A stretch of 64,000 nt of DNA, taken from positions 11,316 to 75,315 of IMG/VR virus record IMGVR_UViG_3300045988_106851; one strand, written 5' to 3'. The translations under genes and the position numbers were made by a program. Source of the stretch: a virus. The first letter of the stretch is position 1. Each line of letters begins with the position of its first letter. Of the stretch, positions 15,982 to 25,033 are shown piece after piece. The notes beneath the pieces were generated by a model. The model saw nothing but the letters and a program-made list of their open reading frames with translations. It was not told the DNA's origin and ran no database searches.

Positions 15982-16617
15982 TTATTTAATGGTAATACAG
16001 CAGCGTACACGATACCAACCTTTTATATCCTTGAAGGACACGGAGAAATCTGCGAAATTGGGGTTCACAGAACGGCACACGACTTCAGCTTGGTTATCCT
16101 TGCTGGGGTATATGTCTTTCAAAATTGGACCATTAATAGTGTCGAGCACATACGAATGCCCCCATTCGATGAATGTCTTTTCATCGATTTTCTGAACGAG
16201 CACCTTGCTACCATTAGGGAACTCAGGAGACATACTGTCACCCATAACGGCAAGCGCAAGGTTCACACTCTCAACGGGCGACAGTATCATCTCACATTTA
16301 TGCTTCGCTATCTGTTGCTCAAAGCTCTCGGAAGAACTACCTTGTGAAGCTATAGGCAAAAGAGGTACATAATAAGAGTTGACGTTACTTGCCATTTTCG
16401 GCAGCACACCCTCGTTAAGCATATTGCCATTACCAGACGCAAGCCAGTCTATATTTATCTCTGGGTATGTCTGCTCCATTGCCCTTGCGACCTTCCGAGT
16501 TAAATATTTCGTGTTATAGAAATGGCTTATGCTCAGCCCAAGACTTTCCTGGAACCGCACCATAGACATATTTTTATACTTGGCGATTTCTTTCGCTCTT
16601 TCAGTTAACGTACTCAT
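15982..16617 (-). CDS. cI/LexA-like repressor: XRE HTH plus S24 peptidase domain
   Basis: N-terminal HTH; ALAVMGDSMSPEFPNGSKVLV (Ser nucleophile motif). Confidence 0.85.
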   Translation of the reverse strand: MSTLTERAKEIAKYKNMSMVRFQESLGLSISHFYNTKYLTRKVARAMEQTYPEINIDWLASGNGNMLNEGVLPKMASNVNSYYVPLLPIASQGSSSESFEQQIAKHKCEMILSPVESVNLALAVMGDSMSPEFPNGSKVLVQKIDEKTFIEWGHSYVLDTINGPILKDIYPSKDNQAEVVCRSVNPNFADFSVSFKDIKGWYRVRCCITIK

Positions 16618-16764
16618 ATAATATTAAAAATAATATAAATAATAATAGTTATTAATAGTATCTGAAATATTTTTATTAATTTTGCTCTCGAAATAAGAGA
16701 TAAGTATTTTACGTTGCAAATATACGTAATATATATTATTCAATATATTAATTTATAGTTAATT
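16618..16764. promoter_or_regulatory. AT-rich divergent promoter/operator region between repressor and early-left operon
   Basis: 147 nt, very AT-rich by eye (not counted), direct repeat AATATATTA x2 near 16729-16752. Confidence 0.5.
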
Positions 16765-16938
16765 ATGGTTATTAAATCACAAAAAGAAAAAGAGAAACTT
16801 ATCTGCGCCGCCATAGACAAATACCTTGGGAACGGCTTGAAGAAGTCAGAGGCAGTTCGCCGCGTAATGTCTGATTTTAACTATTTGACAGAAGCAGCGA
16901 TTTACAACATTTACAAACGTAACAAGAAAGGAGTATAA
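16765..16938 (+). CDS. small protein in Cro position (57 aa)
   Basis: Own translation MVIKSQKEKEKLICAAIDKYLGNGLKKSEAVRRVMSDFNYLTEAAIYNIYKRNKKGV*; position only. Confidence 0.35.
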   Translation: MVIKSQKEKEKLICAAIDKYLGNGLKKSEAVRRVMSDFNYLTEAAIYNIYKRNKKGV

Positions 16939-16939
16939 C

Positions 16940-17137
16940 ATGATTAATGAGCCCCCTGACGTAAGACCGAAAGGACGCTACTCTATTAGCGAGACTGCGA
17001 AGAAACTACAGATAAGCGTCACAACAGTTTATCGCTACATTAAGAACGGAGTGATAAAAAATATGGCTCGTGCTAATGGAAGGACTGTTATTATGGGTTC
17101 TGAAATCACACGATTCTGGGGTGGAGAGTATCTTTAA
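16940..17137 (+). CDS. excisionase-like HTH (MerR/HTH_17 type) DNA-binding protein
   Basis: RYSISETAKKLQISVTTVYRYIKNGVI. Confidence 0.6.
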   Translation: MINEPPDVRPKGRYSISETAKKLQISVTTVYRYIKNGVIKNMARANGRTVIMGSEITRFWGGEYL

Positions 17138-17148
17138 AAAATATACAT

Positions 17149-17517
17149 ATGGAAGAAAAGGTCAAGAATGCCATCGACTTCTTAACATCTCTCGGGTATG
17201 AGATTATAGAGCCGCAATCTATAAGCGTCATAAACCAAGAGTTTGAAACATGGTGGCAGATTTACAACAAGAAAAGAGGCAAGAGCAAATGCATGCGGAA
17301 GTGGGCACACATGCCTAAGAAAGACAGGAGGGCATGTCTTGAAGCGACACCAAGATACGTTGCGTCTATTACGAATAAGGTCTATCAGAAAGACCCTCTG
17401 ACGTATCTTAACGGAAGAGCATGGGAAGATGAAGTCTACACCGAATTTGGAGAACAACAAAAGCATGATGGATTTATCTTTGCAAAAACAGCAGCAGCGG
17501 TATTTAACGCGGACTGA
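17149..17517 (+). CDS. hypothetical protein
   Basis: ORF track. Confidence 0.45.
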   Translation: MEEKVKNAIDFLTSLGYEIIEPQSISVINQEFETWWQIYNKKRGKSKCMRKWAHMPKKDRRACLEATPRYVASITNKVYQKDPLTYLNGRAWEDEVYTEFGEQQKHDGFIFAKTAAAVFNAD

Positions 17518-18022
17518 CGATGAACAATTGATTGTAAAAAAATTTCCGCTTCTAAGCAAGCGGAAAGAACCAATCCCATCTTTATCTGAAGCCGTAAAAG
17601 ATATGAACTCGCTAATATGTATTGACAGAAGTTTTGGTGATGGTGTCTCTTTAAAATGGATAAAGGCGCAACTACTTGACCTCTTTAGAATATGTGGAGC
17701 AGGAAATGTTATCTCAGATTATCAAATTGTGATTATCGCGAGACGAATAAGGAAGGTTTACTTCTATCTATCGTTAAGTGAACTCACTTATTTCTTCGAG
17801 TCATTCATTGGTGGGTGTTTCGGGATGTTGTTCGTTGGTAAGACAGTTAATCCGCAAAACCTTATGATTGCTTTAAGGAATTTCGATAACGAACGAACCA
17901 ACTTTTTTACAGAATCTCAACAAGAGCAACATGACGTTACAGGGGAGGCAGCGAAAGCTAACAGAAGCATGATTAATGAAATATGTGAAAGGATAAAGAA
18001 GAACTTAACAAAACGTATTTAA
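17429..18022 (+). CDS. hypothetical protein (start uncertain; 17465 or 17603 also possible)
   Basis: ORF track; overlaps previous ORF by 89 nt if 17429 is used. Confidence 0.4.
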   Translation: MKSTPNLENNKSMMDLSLQKQQQRYLTRTDDEQLIVKKFPLLSKRKEPIPSLSEAVKDMNSLICIDRSFGDGVSLKWIKAQLLDLFRICGAGNVISDYQIVIIARRIRKVYFYLSLSELTYFFESFIGGCFGMLFVGKTVNPQNLMIALRNFDNERTNFFTESQQEQHDVTGEAAKANRSMINEICERIKKNLTKRI

Positions 18023-18040
18023 TAACTCAAACTTATAATT

Positions 18041-18883
18041 ATGGAAGCAACACAAGTAGCAAAAAAAACAAGCAATATGACATTGGGTGAGTTGATGCAC
18101 TCCCCGGCCGTAGTCGGAAAACTTAACGAGGTGTGGGGAAGTCCACAGATGGCTAACAGCTTCTTATCATCCGTCATCTCTGTGGGCAATGGCACTCCGA
18201 AACTCCGTAAGGCAGAGCCAATGAGCATTATCGGAGCGGCCATGGTAGCGGCAACCATGCAACTGCAAGTCATACCGACTTTGGGACAGTGCTATATCAT
18301 CCCTTACGGCAACAAGGCACAGTTTCAGATTGGCTACCTCGGCCTCCTCCAGCTCTGCCAACGCAGCGGGCAGTTCAAGAAAATCCTCGCCGCTCCTGTA
18401 CACGAGGGCGAGTACGTCTCTGGCGACGAGTTTGATGAGGATTACGTCTTCGACAGGAAGCAACGCAAGTCCGACAAGGTTATCGGCTATATGGCCAAGT
18501 TCGAGCTTCTTAACGGCTTCACCAAGGTCGCTTACTGGGATGTTGACAAGGTTAAGGCCCACGCGCAGAAGTTTTCGCAAGCTCTCCACTCTGGTTATGA
18601 TACACCGTGGAAGTCCGATTTTGACGCCATGGCAATGAAAACGGTTCTCAAGTCCATCTTGAAGTTCGCCCCAAAGTCCATCGAGATGCAAGCGGCTGTC
18701 ACGTTCGATCAAGCGGTCGTCAACACCAATACTCCCGCCACCTCTGACGTGCAAGACCTCGACATCGACGCTTTCACGCCCGAGTATGTTGACAATATCG
18801 AAAGGGAGAAGAAAGAGAATATCGCTGCCAAGGCCGCCGAAGCAGCCAAGGCGGAGATTAAGAATGAAAGCAAGAAGGCATGA
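18041..18883 (+). CDS. recT: RecT family single-strand annealing recombinase
   Basis: QCYIIPYGNKAQFQIGYLGLLQLCQRSG...WKSDFDAMAMKTVLKSILKFAP. Confidence 0.9.
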   Translation: MEATQVAKKTSNMTLGELMHSPAVVGKLNEVWGSPQMANSFLSSVISVGNGTPKLRKAEPMSIIGAAMVAATMQLQVIPTLGQCYIIPYGNKAQFQIGYLGLLQLCQRSGQFKKILAAPVHEGEYVSGDEFDEDYVFDRKQRKSDKVIGYMAKFELLNGFTKVAYWDVDKVKAHAQKFSQALHSGYDTPWKSDFDAMAMKTVLKSILKFAPKSIEMQAAVTFDQAVVNTNTPATSDVQDLDIDAFTPEYVDNIEREKKENIAAKAAEAAKAEIKNESKKA

Positions 18884-19572
18884 TTAACACTTCCGACAGC
18901 CAGCACGATATATCTTGGTATCGTGCGAGGCTGGGTAATTTGACAGGCTCCAAGATTTCTGACATCATGAAGTCTGGGCGCAAGAAGGGCGAGGCGTTTT
19001 CCGATACCGCCAAGACATACCTTTATCAAGTGGCGGGCGAACGCCTCTTCAACCCCGACTTCCTTAACGACGATGAGGTGTTCTCTGACTACCTCGACGA
19101 GACAAGCGTCACCTCCAAGGCGATGCGATGGGGAACAGAGCAAGAGGATGCGGCACGGCGACTGACATCCGACATCCTCGGCTACGACATCGAGGAGGTG
19201 AGCCTTTGCGCCCACGACACCATACCACACTTCGCCGCCTCACCCGATGGCATGATACGCAACATTGATGGCGAGGGGCACCTTGGGGTGCTCGAAATCA
19301 AGTGCCCCAACATCGGCACGTTCATGCGCTACAAGGCTCTCGTGCATGATGCCGCCTCGCTCAAGGACACTAAGCCTGAATACTATTGGCAGATGATGGC
19401 GGAGATGGATTGCACGGGGGCTGTAAGCGGTGTGTTCGCCACTTATTGCCCATGGTTATCCAAGCCGTTCCATTACGCCAACATAGAACGAGTGGAAGAC
19501 GACATCAAGCTCATGGAAGAGCGTGTCCTGCTCGCTAACGAGTTCATAGGCAAGATTATTAATTCTTTATAA
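18880..19572 (+). CDS. YqaJ-like (lambda Exo type) recombination exonuclease
   Basis: WYRARLGNLTGSKISDIM...LEIKCP; ATGA overlap with recT. Confidence 0.85.
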   Translation: MINTSDSQHDISWYRARLGNLTGSKISDIMKSGRKKGEAFSDTAKTYLYQVAGERLFNPDFLNDDEVFSDYLDETSVTSKAMRWGTEQEDAARRLTSDILGYDIEEVSLCAHDTIPHFAASPDGMIRNIDGEGHLGVLEIKCPNIGTFMRYKALVHDAASLKDTKPEYYWQMMAEMDCTGAVSGVFATYCPWLSKPFHYANIERVEDDIKLMEERVLLANEFIGKIINSL

Positions 19573-19574
19573 TG

Positions 19575-19608
19575 ACAAAGGCGAAACGCATTCTTGTTTC
19601 GCCTTTGT
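19575..19608. terminator. bidirectional intrinsic terminator between convergent operons
   Basis: 13-bp perfect stem acaaaggcgaaac/gtttcgcctttgt, 8-nt loop. Confidence 0.8.
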
Positions 19609-19614
19609 TAAATT

Positions 19615-20112
19615 CTATTCTTTCTCAGACAATAATCTCCACGCTTTTTCCCCGTGGAATTGTGAATCATCGTCATTAAGCCAGTTAACAGCGAGCTCAC
19701 AATATTTAATTAACAAAAACTCGTCCTCTTCATTATACCACCATGCGTGTAATAAGTTGTGGAAATTTGCGATGGTATCGTTAAGAACCACAGCAAAATC
19801 ATGCTCATTATACCCTGCCAAATGCTCTTGATAGTCCTCGTAAAGCTCACGACATTTCGTCTCAGAAATGAAAGGGGCGTAATTAGTCGTTCCGTCTTCT
19901 GACACATAATACATACGAGAAATACGCTCTTTTGCGCTTGCATGGTCAAAATGCTTACCTAACAAAGCTTCTCGAATAATGGAAGCTAAAGTCATTTCCT
20001 CTTTCTTAGACATTTTGCTATCTAAGACATTTGCAAGAATAGCAATTACCCTATTCTTCGCTTGTGCATCTTTACTTGAATACACAGTTTGCAATAATTC
20101 AATCATAAGCAA
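19615..20112 (-). CDS. hypothetical protein
   Basis: ORF track 165 aa. Confidence 0.5.
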   Translation of the reverse strand: MLMIELLQTVYSSKDAQAKNRVIAILANVLDSKMSKKEEMTLASIIREALLGKHFDHASAKERISRMYYVSEDGTTNYAPFISETKCRELYEDYQEHLAGYNEHDFAVVLNDTIANFHNLLHAWWYNEEDEFLLIKYCELAVNWLNDDDSQFHGEKAWRLLSEKE

Positions 20113-20128
20113 TCTGTAATTTAAATTG

Positions 20129-20512
20129 TTATTTTGCCCAAACTACCATCATCTCTTCGCATAGTTTCCCCATTACATAGCAAGGCTCCTCTTCCTGCAT
20201 GTCTATGCCATCGTTACCGCAGACGTGCGCTACGACATGGAACAGCTCATGCCCTATGGTGTTGGCCATGCTCGCTTGGGATGGAGACCGCCCGATTGCT
20301 ACCACGCTTTGCCGAAGCCTCACGTTGGAGTATGTAAGCCCACGCTCGTCGCTGTCCTTGGCGAGATGTCTTCGTGCCTCAAGGAGTGCGTCCACTTCAC
20401 AGCCGATAACTTCAAGGGCATTGCATATCTCATCAACGTCTTCCTCGTCATAACCGATGAAGCACGTCACACCCCACTCGTACCTGTCAAGGGTTATCTC
20501 GCTCCTTGTCAT
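20129..20512 (-). CDS. small HExxH (zincin-like) protein
   Basis: TIGHELFHVVAH; likely ATG 20512. Confidence 0.5.
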   Translation of the reverse strand: MTRSEITLDRYEWGVTCFIGYDEEDVDEICNALEVIGCEVDALLEARRHLAKDSDERGLTYSNVRLRQSVVAIGRSPSQASMANTIGHELFHVVAHVCGNDGIDMQEEEPCYVMGKLCEEMMVVWAK

Positions 20513-20940
20513 AGCACGTCGTCCCACGGTATCGGTAAACCGTTATGGCAACAGTCGGCGTAGAAGCGGTTGAACACGAATCCGTCCTTCTGGTCAACGT
20601 CATCAACCACATCTTTTATATACTGTGCCATGCCTACCTCGTCCTTGATGGAGCTTCCCCAGAAGTCAGCCTTCACCATATTCGCCACATAAACGTGGTC
20701 ATAGCCGACAAGGTTATCCAGCTTTACGGAGTTGGCGGCAAGCATATCCTCCACCTTGTCTTTCGTAAGCGGCTCTATTGGCTCTTCCTTGCCAGTAGCC
20801 TTGCCGACCTTGCGCATGAGGCTCACCGCCCAGTCGCACATCTTCTTGTTGAAGTGATAGCCATTGTAGCGCAGATAGGCTATCATGCCTTCTGGCTTCA
20901 TGTCGTACACGTCCAACGGCATTCTGCATCTTCCTCCCAT
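20509..20940 (-). CDS. hypothetical protein (start 20940 or 20922)
   Basis: ORF track 20509..21024 trimmed to first ATG after the upstream stop. Confidence 0.45.
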   Translation of the reverse strand: MGGRCRMPLDVYDMKPEGMIAYLRYNGYHFNKKMCDWAVSLMRKVGKATGKEEPIEPLTKDKVEDMLAANSVKLDNLVGYDHVYVANMVKADFWGSSIKDEVGMAQYIKDVVDDVDQKDGFVFNRFYADCCHNGLPIPWDDVL

Positions 20941-20999
20941 AGTTTGACTATTTTTTAAGACAGGTAAGGAAACAGATTTCCCTACCTGTCGGTTATTAC

Positions 21000-21269
21000 T
21001 TAGTAGCGGTCGCTGCCATGCCAACCGCCACCACGACGTTCTCCATAACGTCCGCCATCGTCGTAGTCCATGCCACGCTCATAGCGTCCGCGTCCATTAT
21101 CACGTCCCCAGTCCCGATAGTCGGGCATGGGTTCGCGCTCGCCCATGCGTCCCTCACCGTTCCTCAGGCTGTCAATACACGACATCACCTTGCCGCCATA
21201 CCTCAGCATCTTCTCGGCGTTCTCGGCAAGTTCGTCCATCTTGTTCTCCGTTATCTCTATCATGTACAT
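21000..21269 (-). CDS. hypothetical protein with R/G/D/Y-rich tail
   Basis: ORF track 89 aa. Confidence 0.45.
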   Translation of the reverse strand: MYMIEITENKMDELAENAEKMLRYGGKVMSCIDSLRNGEGRMGEREPMPDYRDWGRDNGRGRYERGMDYDDGGRYGERRGGGWHGSDRY

Positions 21270-21281
21270 AGTCTTGTCTCT

Positions 21282-21800
21282 TTAGTCGCTTCCGCTTGAC
21301 TTCTTCAACGCTTTGTGAAGCATCGCCTCAATGTTCGACAACGTGCCCTCCATGCCGCAAACCTTGCTTTCGAGTTGCGTTATCTTCTCCTGTTGTGCCT
21401 TGTCCTTGGCTATCTGTGGGTTGAGCACGCACAGCATGCTCTCGCAGCTCTTAACCACTTTCTCGTGGTATGCCTTGCTGTCAAGAACCTCTTTCGAGTG
21501 CCTTAGCATGGCCTCCACTTCCGACATCATCGCTTCCCTGCTTTCCGACACCACCACGTTGCCCGTGTTGGCTATCTGCCCATTGGCAGGGAGTTGCTTA
21601 AACTCCAGCTCGCCGTTGTTGGTCTTAACTTTCACGTCCACCGTCGTCTCCATCGGTTGTGGATTGTACTGGCCCGGCTGATACGTCGGGAACTTGGGCT
21701 GTGGGTTGCTCACGCTCACCACTTGGCCTATCGTCAGCGTCGGCTCGCCCGTCTTGTCGAGCACGTAGAATATTGAGTTTTGCCTTAATCCTTGAAACAT
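21282..21800 (-). CDS. hypothetical protein
   Basis: Track start 21836 is TTG; first ATG at 21800 (MFQGLRQN). Confidence 0.45.
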   Translation of the reverse strand: MFQGLRQNSIFYVLDKTGEPTLTIGQVVSVSNPQPKFPTYQPGQYNPQPMETTVDVKVKTNNGELEFKQLPANGQIANTGNVVVSESREAMMSEVEAMLRHSKEVLDSKAYHEKVVKSCESMLCVLNPQIAKDKAQQEKITQLESKVCGMEGTLSNIEAMLHKALKKSSGSD

Positions 21801-21825
21801 GTTGAAGTCCTGTTTTAGCGTTCTG

Positions 21826-22173
21826 TTATAATACAATGCCCGTCATAAGTTGAAGGGTGTTGGTGTCTCTCTCGAACCATAACTGGTACACTCCCGTACC
21901 TGCCACGTCTGCCACGGTCAACGCCGCGCCGCCGATTTTCGTCACGGCTTGCGTCACGCCGTTGGTCTCGAAGAGGATAGGCAGCGTAGGTGTCGTGCCT
22001 GTCGGTATCGCCTGTCGCAGGTTCACGAACACCGTGCCTTTGTAATTTGTGTTCACGAAGGCGTGGTTCCTGAAAGAGAACACCACTGCATCCGTCTGTA
22101 CCTTCACGGCAGTTGAGCCCACCGCTGCTGAACCTCTTCGATTGACCCATGAAAATGGATAGCCCCAAATCAT
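21826..22173 (-). CDS. hypothetical beta-rich protein
   Basis: ORF track 115 aa. Confidence 0.45.
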   Translation of the reverse strand: MIWGYPFSWVNRRGSAAVGSTAVKVQTDAVVFSFRNHAFVNTNYKGTVFVNLRQAIPTGTTPTLPILFETNGVTQAVTKIGGAALTVADVAGTGVYQLWFERDTNTLQLMTGIVL

Positions 22174-22194
22174 AGTCGTTCCTCCTATTGCTTA

Positions 22195-23142
22195 TTAACC
22201 CCAGAAGCCGTTCGCGGCTGCATTGTAGCCATAAAGACCATATTGAGCTGCTACACAATTAGGAATAGCCTGAAATGGTTGATATGGTACCGTCGCCGTT
22301 TCGGGCAGCTTGCACTTTATGCCGTCAACATCCTTTTGTAAATTCGCAAGGAACGCATTGATAGGAGCAACGGCTTGGCCGACAATCTGATTAGTCATGG
22401 CCGACTGCTTGAACGTAGAGTTTTCCTCTCTGAGGTTGTCTATCTTGTTCTGAAGCTCCCTCATTTCTGCGGCTCTTTGCCCGTCAAGTATCTGTTGTGT
22501 AGAGTTCTTGATGGCGCCTTGTATGTCGCACGTCTGCCTCTGTGTCTCGTAGGCCACGTTCGCAAAGCCTTTCTCCTGCTCGTTCAATATCGCGTTGATG
22601 TTGTTCTGTAGCGCGGTCGTCTGCTGGGCGATGGCCATCTTGTTGTCGCAGCAGCACTGGGCCAGCTGGCTTGCCAACTGCATGTTGCCCTGTTGCAAGG
22701 CGTTGATGACCTGTTGTCCGCTCATGCCCACTTGGTTGCCCACGTTGCCCACTTGTGCCGTAAGCGCGGAGATGGCTCCCTGTATCTGTCCTTCGGTGCA
22801 GTTGAGCTGTGTGGCGAGGTTGCTAATCGCGTTCCTATTGCCGCCGATAGCGTCCATCAAAAGCGAGCGCCCGTAGTCGTTGTTTAGCTCGTTGGCTATA
22901 CCACCACGGCCGTTATTACCGAAACCGCCCCAGCCGTTGCCGCCCCAGCCCATGAGGAAGAAAAGGAATATCACCCACATGAACCAGCCGCCTTCGCCGA
23001 AGCCGCCATTGCCCTTGTTCATCGCTAAAAGCAGATTAGGGTCAAGCCCCCTCTGTTGAAGCAGTGGGGCGAGAAGCGACATCATGCCACCCTGCCCTGA
23101 AGAACCGCTGTCGTTACCGAATACATAAGTCTTTGAATCCAT
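22195..23142 (-). CDS. Gly/Trp-rich TM segment plus long Q/N-rich coiled-coil protein
   Basis: GGWFMWVIFLFFLMGWGGNGWGGFG then about 200 aa of Q/N-rich heptad-like sequence. Confidence 0.5.
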   Translation of the reverse strand: MDSKTYVFGNDSGSSGQGGMMSLLAPLLQQRGLDPNLLLAMNKGNGGFGEGGWFMWVIFLFFLMGWGGNGWGGFGNNGRGGIANELNNDYGRSLLMDAIGGNRNAISNLATQLNCTEGQIQGAISALTAQVGNVGNQVGMSGQQVINALQQGNMQLASQLAQCCCDNKMAIAQQTTALQNNINAILNEQEKGFANVAYETQRQTCDIQGAIKNSTQQILDGQRAAEMRELQNKIDNLREENSTFKQSAMTNQIVGQAVAPINAFLANLQKDVDGIKCKLPETATVPYQPFQAIPNCVAAQYGLYGYNAAANGFWG

Positions 23143-23294
23143 TGTTTTAAGTTTTAGATTTACATGTTTACACTCTCTATTGTAACGTTACGCCCACAAA
23201 TTTAGCGAGTTGCCGCCACAAAGGCCGCAACTCGCTCACACTTTTTATTACTCGCTGAATGTCAGTTATTTAAGATGATAGGAGGTTCTGTCAA

Positions 23295-23319
23295 GTTAAC
23301 AAAATGGGAATTTGTTAAC
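23295..23319. promoter_or_regulatory. operator-like palindrome GTTAACAAA-N7-TTTGTTAAC
   Basis: Perfect 9-bp inverted repeat; third half-site TGGTTAACAC at 23353-23362. Confidence 0.5.
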
Positions 23320-23435
23320 ACATTGCATAGCTCATGTTAAAAAAAACTTTTTTGGTTAACACGTCCACCAGACGTTCAAGCTGACAGGAGGTGCTATCAC
23401 GGACGCTCTGAACCGTAAAGGAAGGGTTCTGTTCG

Positions 23436-23469
23436 CAAAGAAAAAGCCTATCCTTGCGAGAGATAGGCT
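23436..23469 (-). terminator. intrinsic terminator after the HTH-P63C gene
   Basis: Stem agcctatc/gataggct, 9-nt loop, T-run on minus strand. Confidence 0.7.
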
Positions 23470-23485
23470 GACATGGCACAAGGAT

Positions 23486-24565
23486 TCACCTCATTTCAAA
23501 TTCGTCAAATAGCGCAAGCTGTTGATATTGCTTTGGGAAAGCCTTGTCGAGCAGATACATGAAACGAGGCCAGTTGTAATCTGAGGCGACGACAAATGAG
23601 TGGATTATGGCAAGGTGCCTCTCCAATGCCGGACGGCCAATGTCAGACGTGAGAAACTGATGGTTCTTGAACCGTCTGTTACCCTTCTCGTTCTTGGGGT
23701 TCAGCCTGTTAATCTCGTTATACACAAGAGGGGCAAGACGCTCATACACGATGTCGTTGATAATCTTGCCGACAAACCCCGGACGAGCAGTGGTTTGCGC
23801 CCACGTCCAGTTGCGCATCCTGTATATGTCCTCAAAGAACTGGTCGTTAAAAGTCTTTATCCAGGCACACGCATCATGGTTGATGAACGTGGCGAGAAAT
23901 TTTTGCAGTTCATCCTTGGCCCGCCCTTTCTCCTTGTTATAGCCTGTCACCTCGTCAACAAGTGCGATTATTCCAGTCTTTGCGACAGCCCTGATTATCG
24001 TGTCACAATTAAACTCCGACACGTAGTTTGCGTAAACGCCGGCACGACTCGCGTCAATAATCGCAGAGCAAATGTCAATCAGCAGAGTAGCCTCATAGCC
24101 GTAAGTCATTGATTGCGAGCCTCCTGCCGTATTACGTTTGAAAGTAATGGGATTGAACAGCCTGTCAGTTATGCTGTTTTCCCCGGCACGAAGATACGGG
24201 GCAAGGCCATCTTGGTTGCAAAACGATCTTATCCATTGCCCGCTTTTGCTTTCGTTCCCAATGGCCCTTTGTATTCCTCTTCCCGAAAAGACACGCATCC
24301 CATTATTAAGCACATAGCAAGGTATCGCAATCTCGCCGAGCTTCAAAGGCGTTTTCTCAGCCGAATACTTGGCGTAAAACACGCCATCTTCGGTCAGGTC
24401 TTCGTATTTCACGCATAAGGCCGCAGCCACTTTCTCCAATGTGACCTTGGAGGCACTCCCGTTAATCGCCTTGCTAAGCCCAGCCTCAGACATGCCAATC
24501 TTCGCACACAATTCCTTTTGCGTGACACCTTTCTTCTTCAAGACTTCTTTAATTCTGTTCTCCAT
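23486..24565 (-). CDS. XRE-type HTH fused to P63C domain
   Basis: N-terminal KKKGVTQKELCAKIGMSEAGLSKAING; C-terminal RPGFVGKIINDIVYERLAPLVYNEINRLNP...KNHQFLTSDIGRPALERHL. Confidence 0.7.
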   Translation of the reverse strand: MENRIKEVLKKKGVTQKELCAKIGMSEAGLSKAINGSASKVTLEKVAAALCVKYEDLTEDGVFYAKYSAEKTPLKLGEIAIPCYVLNNGMRVFSGRGIQRAIGNESKSGQWIRSFCNQDGLAPYLRAGENSITDRLFNPITFKRNTAGGSQSMTYGYEATLLIDICSAIIDASRAGVYANYVSEFNCDTIIRAVAKTGIIALVDEVTGYNKEKGRAKDELQKFLATFINHDACAWIKTFNDQFFEDIYRMRNWTWAQTTARPGFVGKIINDIVYERLAPLVYNEINRLNPKNEKGNRRFKNHQFLTSDIGRPALERHLAIIHSFVVASDYNWPRFMYLLDKAFPKQYQQLALFDEFEMR

Positions 24566-24594
24566 TTCATTATTTTGGTAAATTATTATACTTG

Positions 24595-24602
24595 CAAAGG
24601 TA
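24595..24602 (-). promoter_or_regulatory. -7 promoter box TACCTTTG (minus strand)
   Basis: About 30 nt upstream of ATG 24565. Confidence 0.55.
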
Positions 24603-24694
24603 ATATTCTTGTTTTAATCCACCAAAAATTAAATCAGAAAATTTATCAATAAAGACATACTCACCTTATTATTTATGAGGTGAGCACCATTGCC

Positions 24695-25033
24695 TCATTT
24701 CCTCTTGCTCCGCAGGTAGTGCAATATGTCCCACTTCTTCCAATATCTCGTGTGCCCGCGCTTCTTGTGCTCGCCATTGGGCAGGTCTCCTCTCGCCACC
24801 ATACGATTGAGTGTAGCATCAGAAACGTGAAGCTTCTCCTTGACTTCCTCTGTGCTCATCATCGGGTTGAGCATGTCGGGAATGATGTCGCACAATCTAT
24901 CCAGGTCATCATCGCTCATGCCGCATGCCGTCACCTTCTCGCCTTTCTTTTGTTGCTCGTCAGCCTTAAAACAAGCATCACTCAATGACTTCAAAGCCGT
25001 GCCGAGCAGCTTATAATTTAGTATCTTTCCCAT
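24695..25033 (-). CDS. excisionase-like HTH_17 DNA-binding protein
   Basis: MSTEEVKEKLHVSDATLNRMVARGDLP. Confidence 0.55.
   Translation of the reverse strand: MGKILNYKLLGTALKSLSDACFKADEQQKKGEKVTACGMSDDDLDRLCDIIPDMLNPMMSTEEVKEKLHVSDATLNRMVARGDLPNGEHKKRGHTRYWKKWDILHYLRSKRK

Noticed and set aside
22195-23142. Microvirus VP2/pilot-like features (GLDPNL motif, Gly-rich N-terminus, Q/N coiled coil) hinting at an embedded microvirus
   Set aside because: No VP1-sized capsid or VP4 replication gene is nearby. The similarity is a short motif recalled from memory only.
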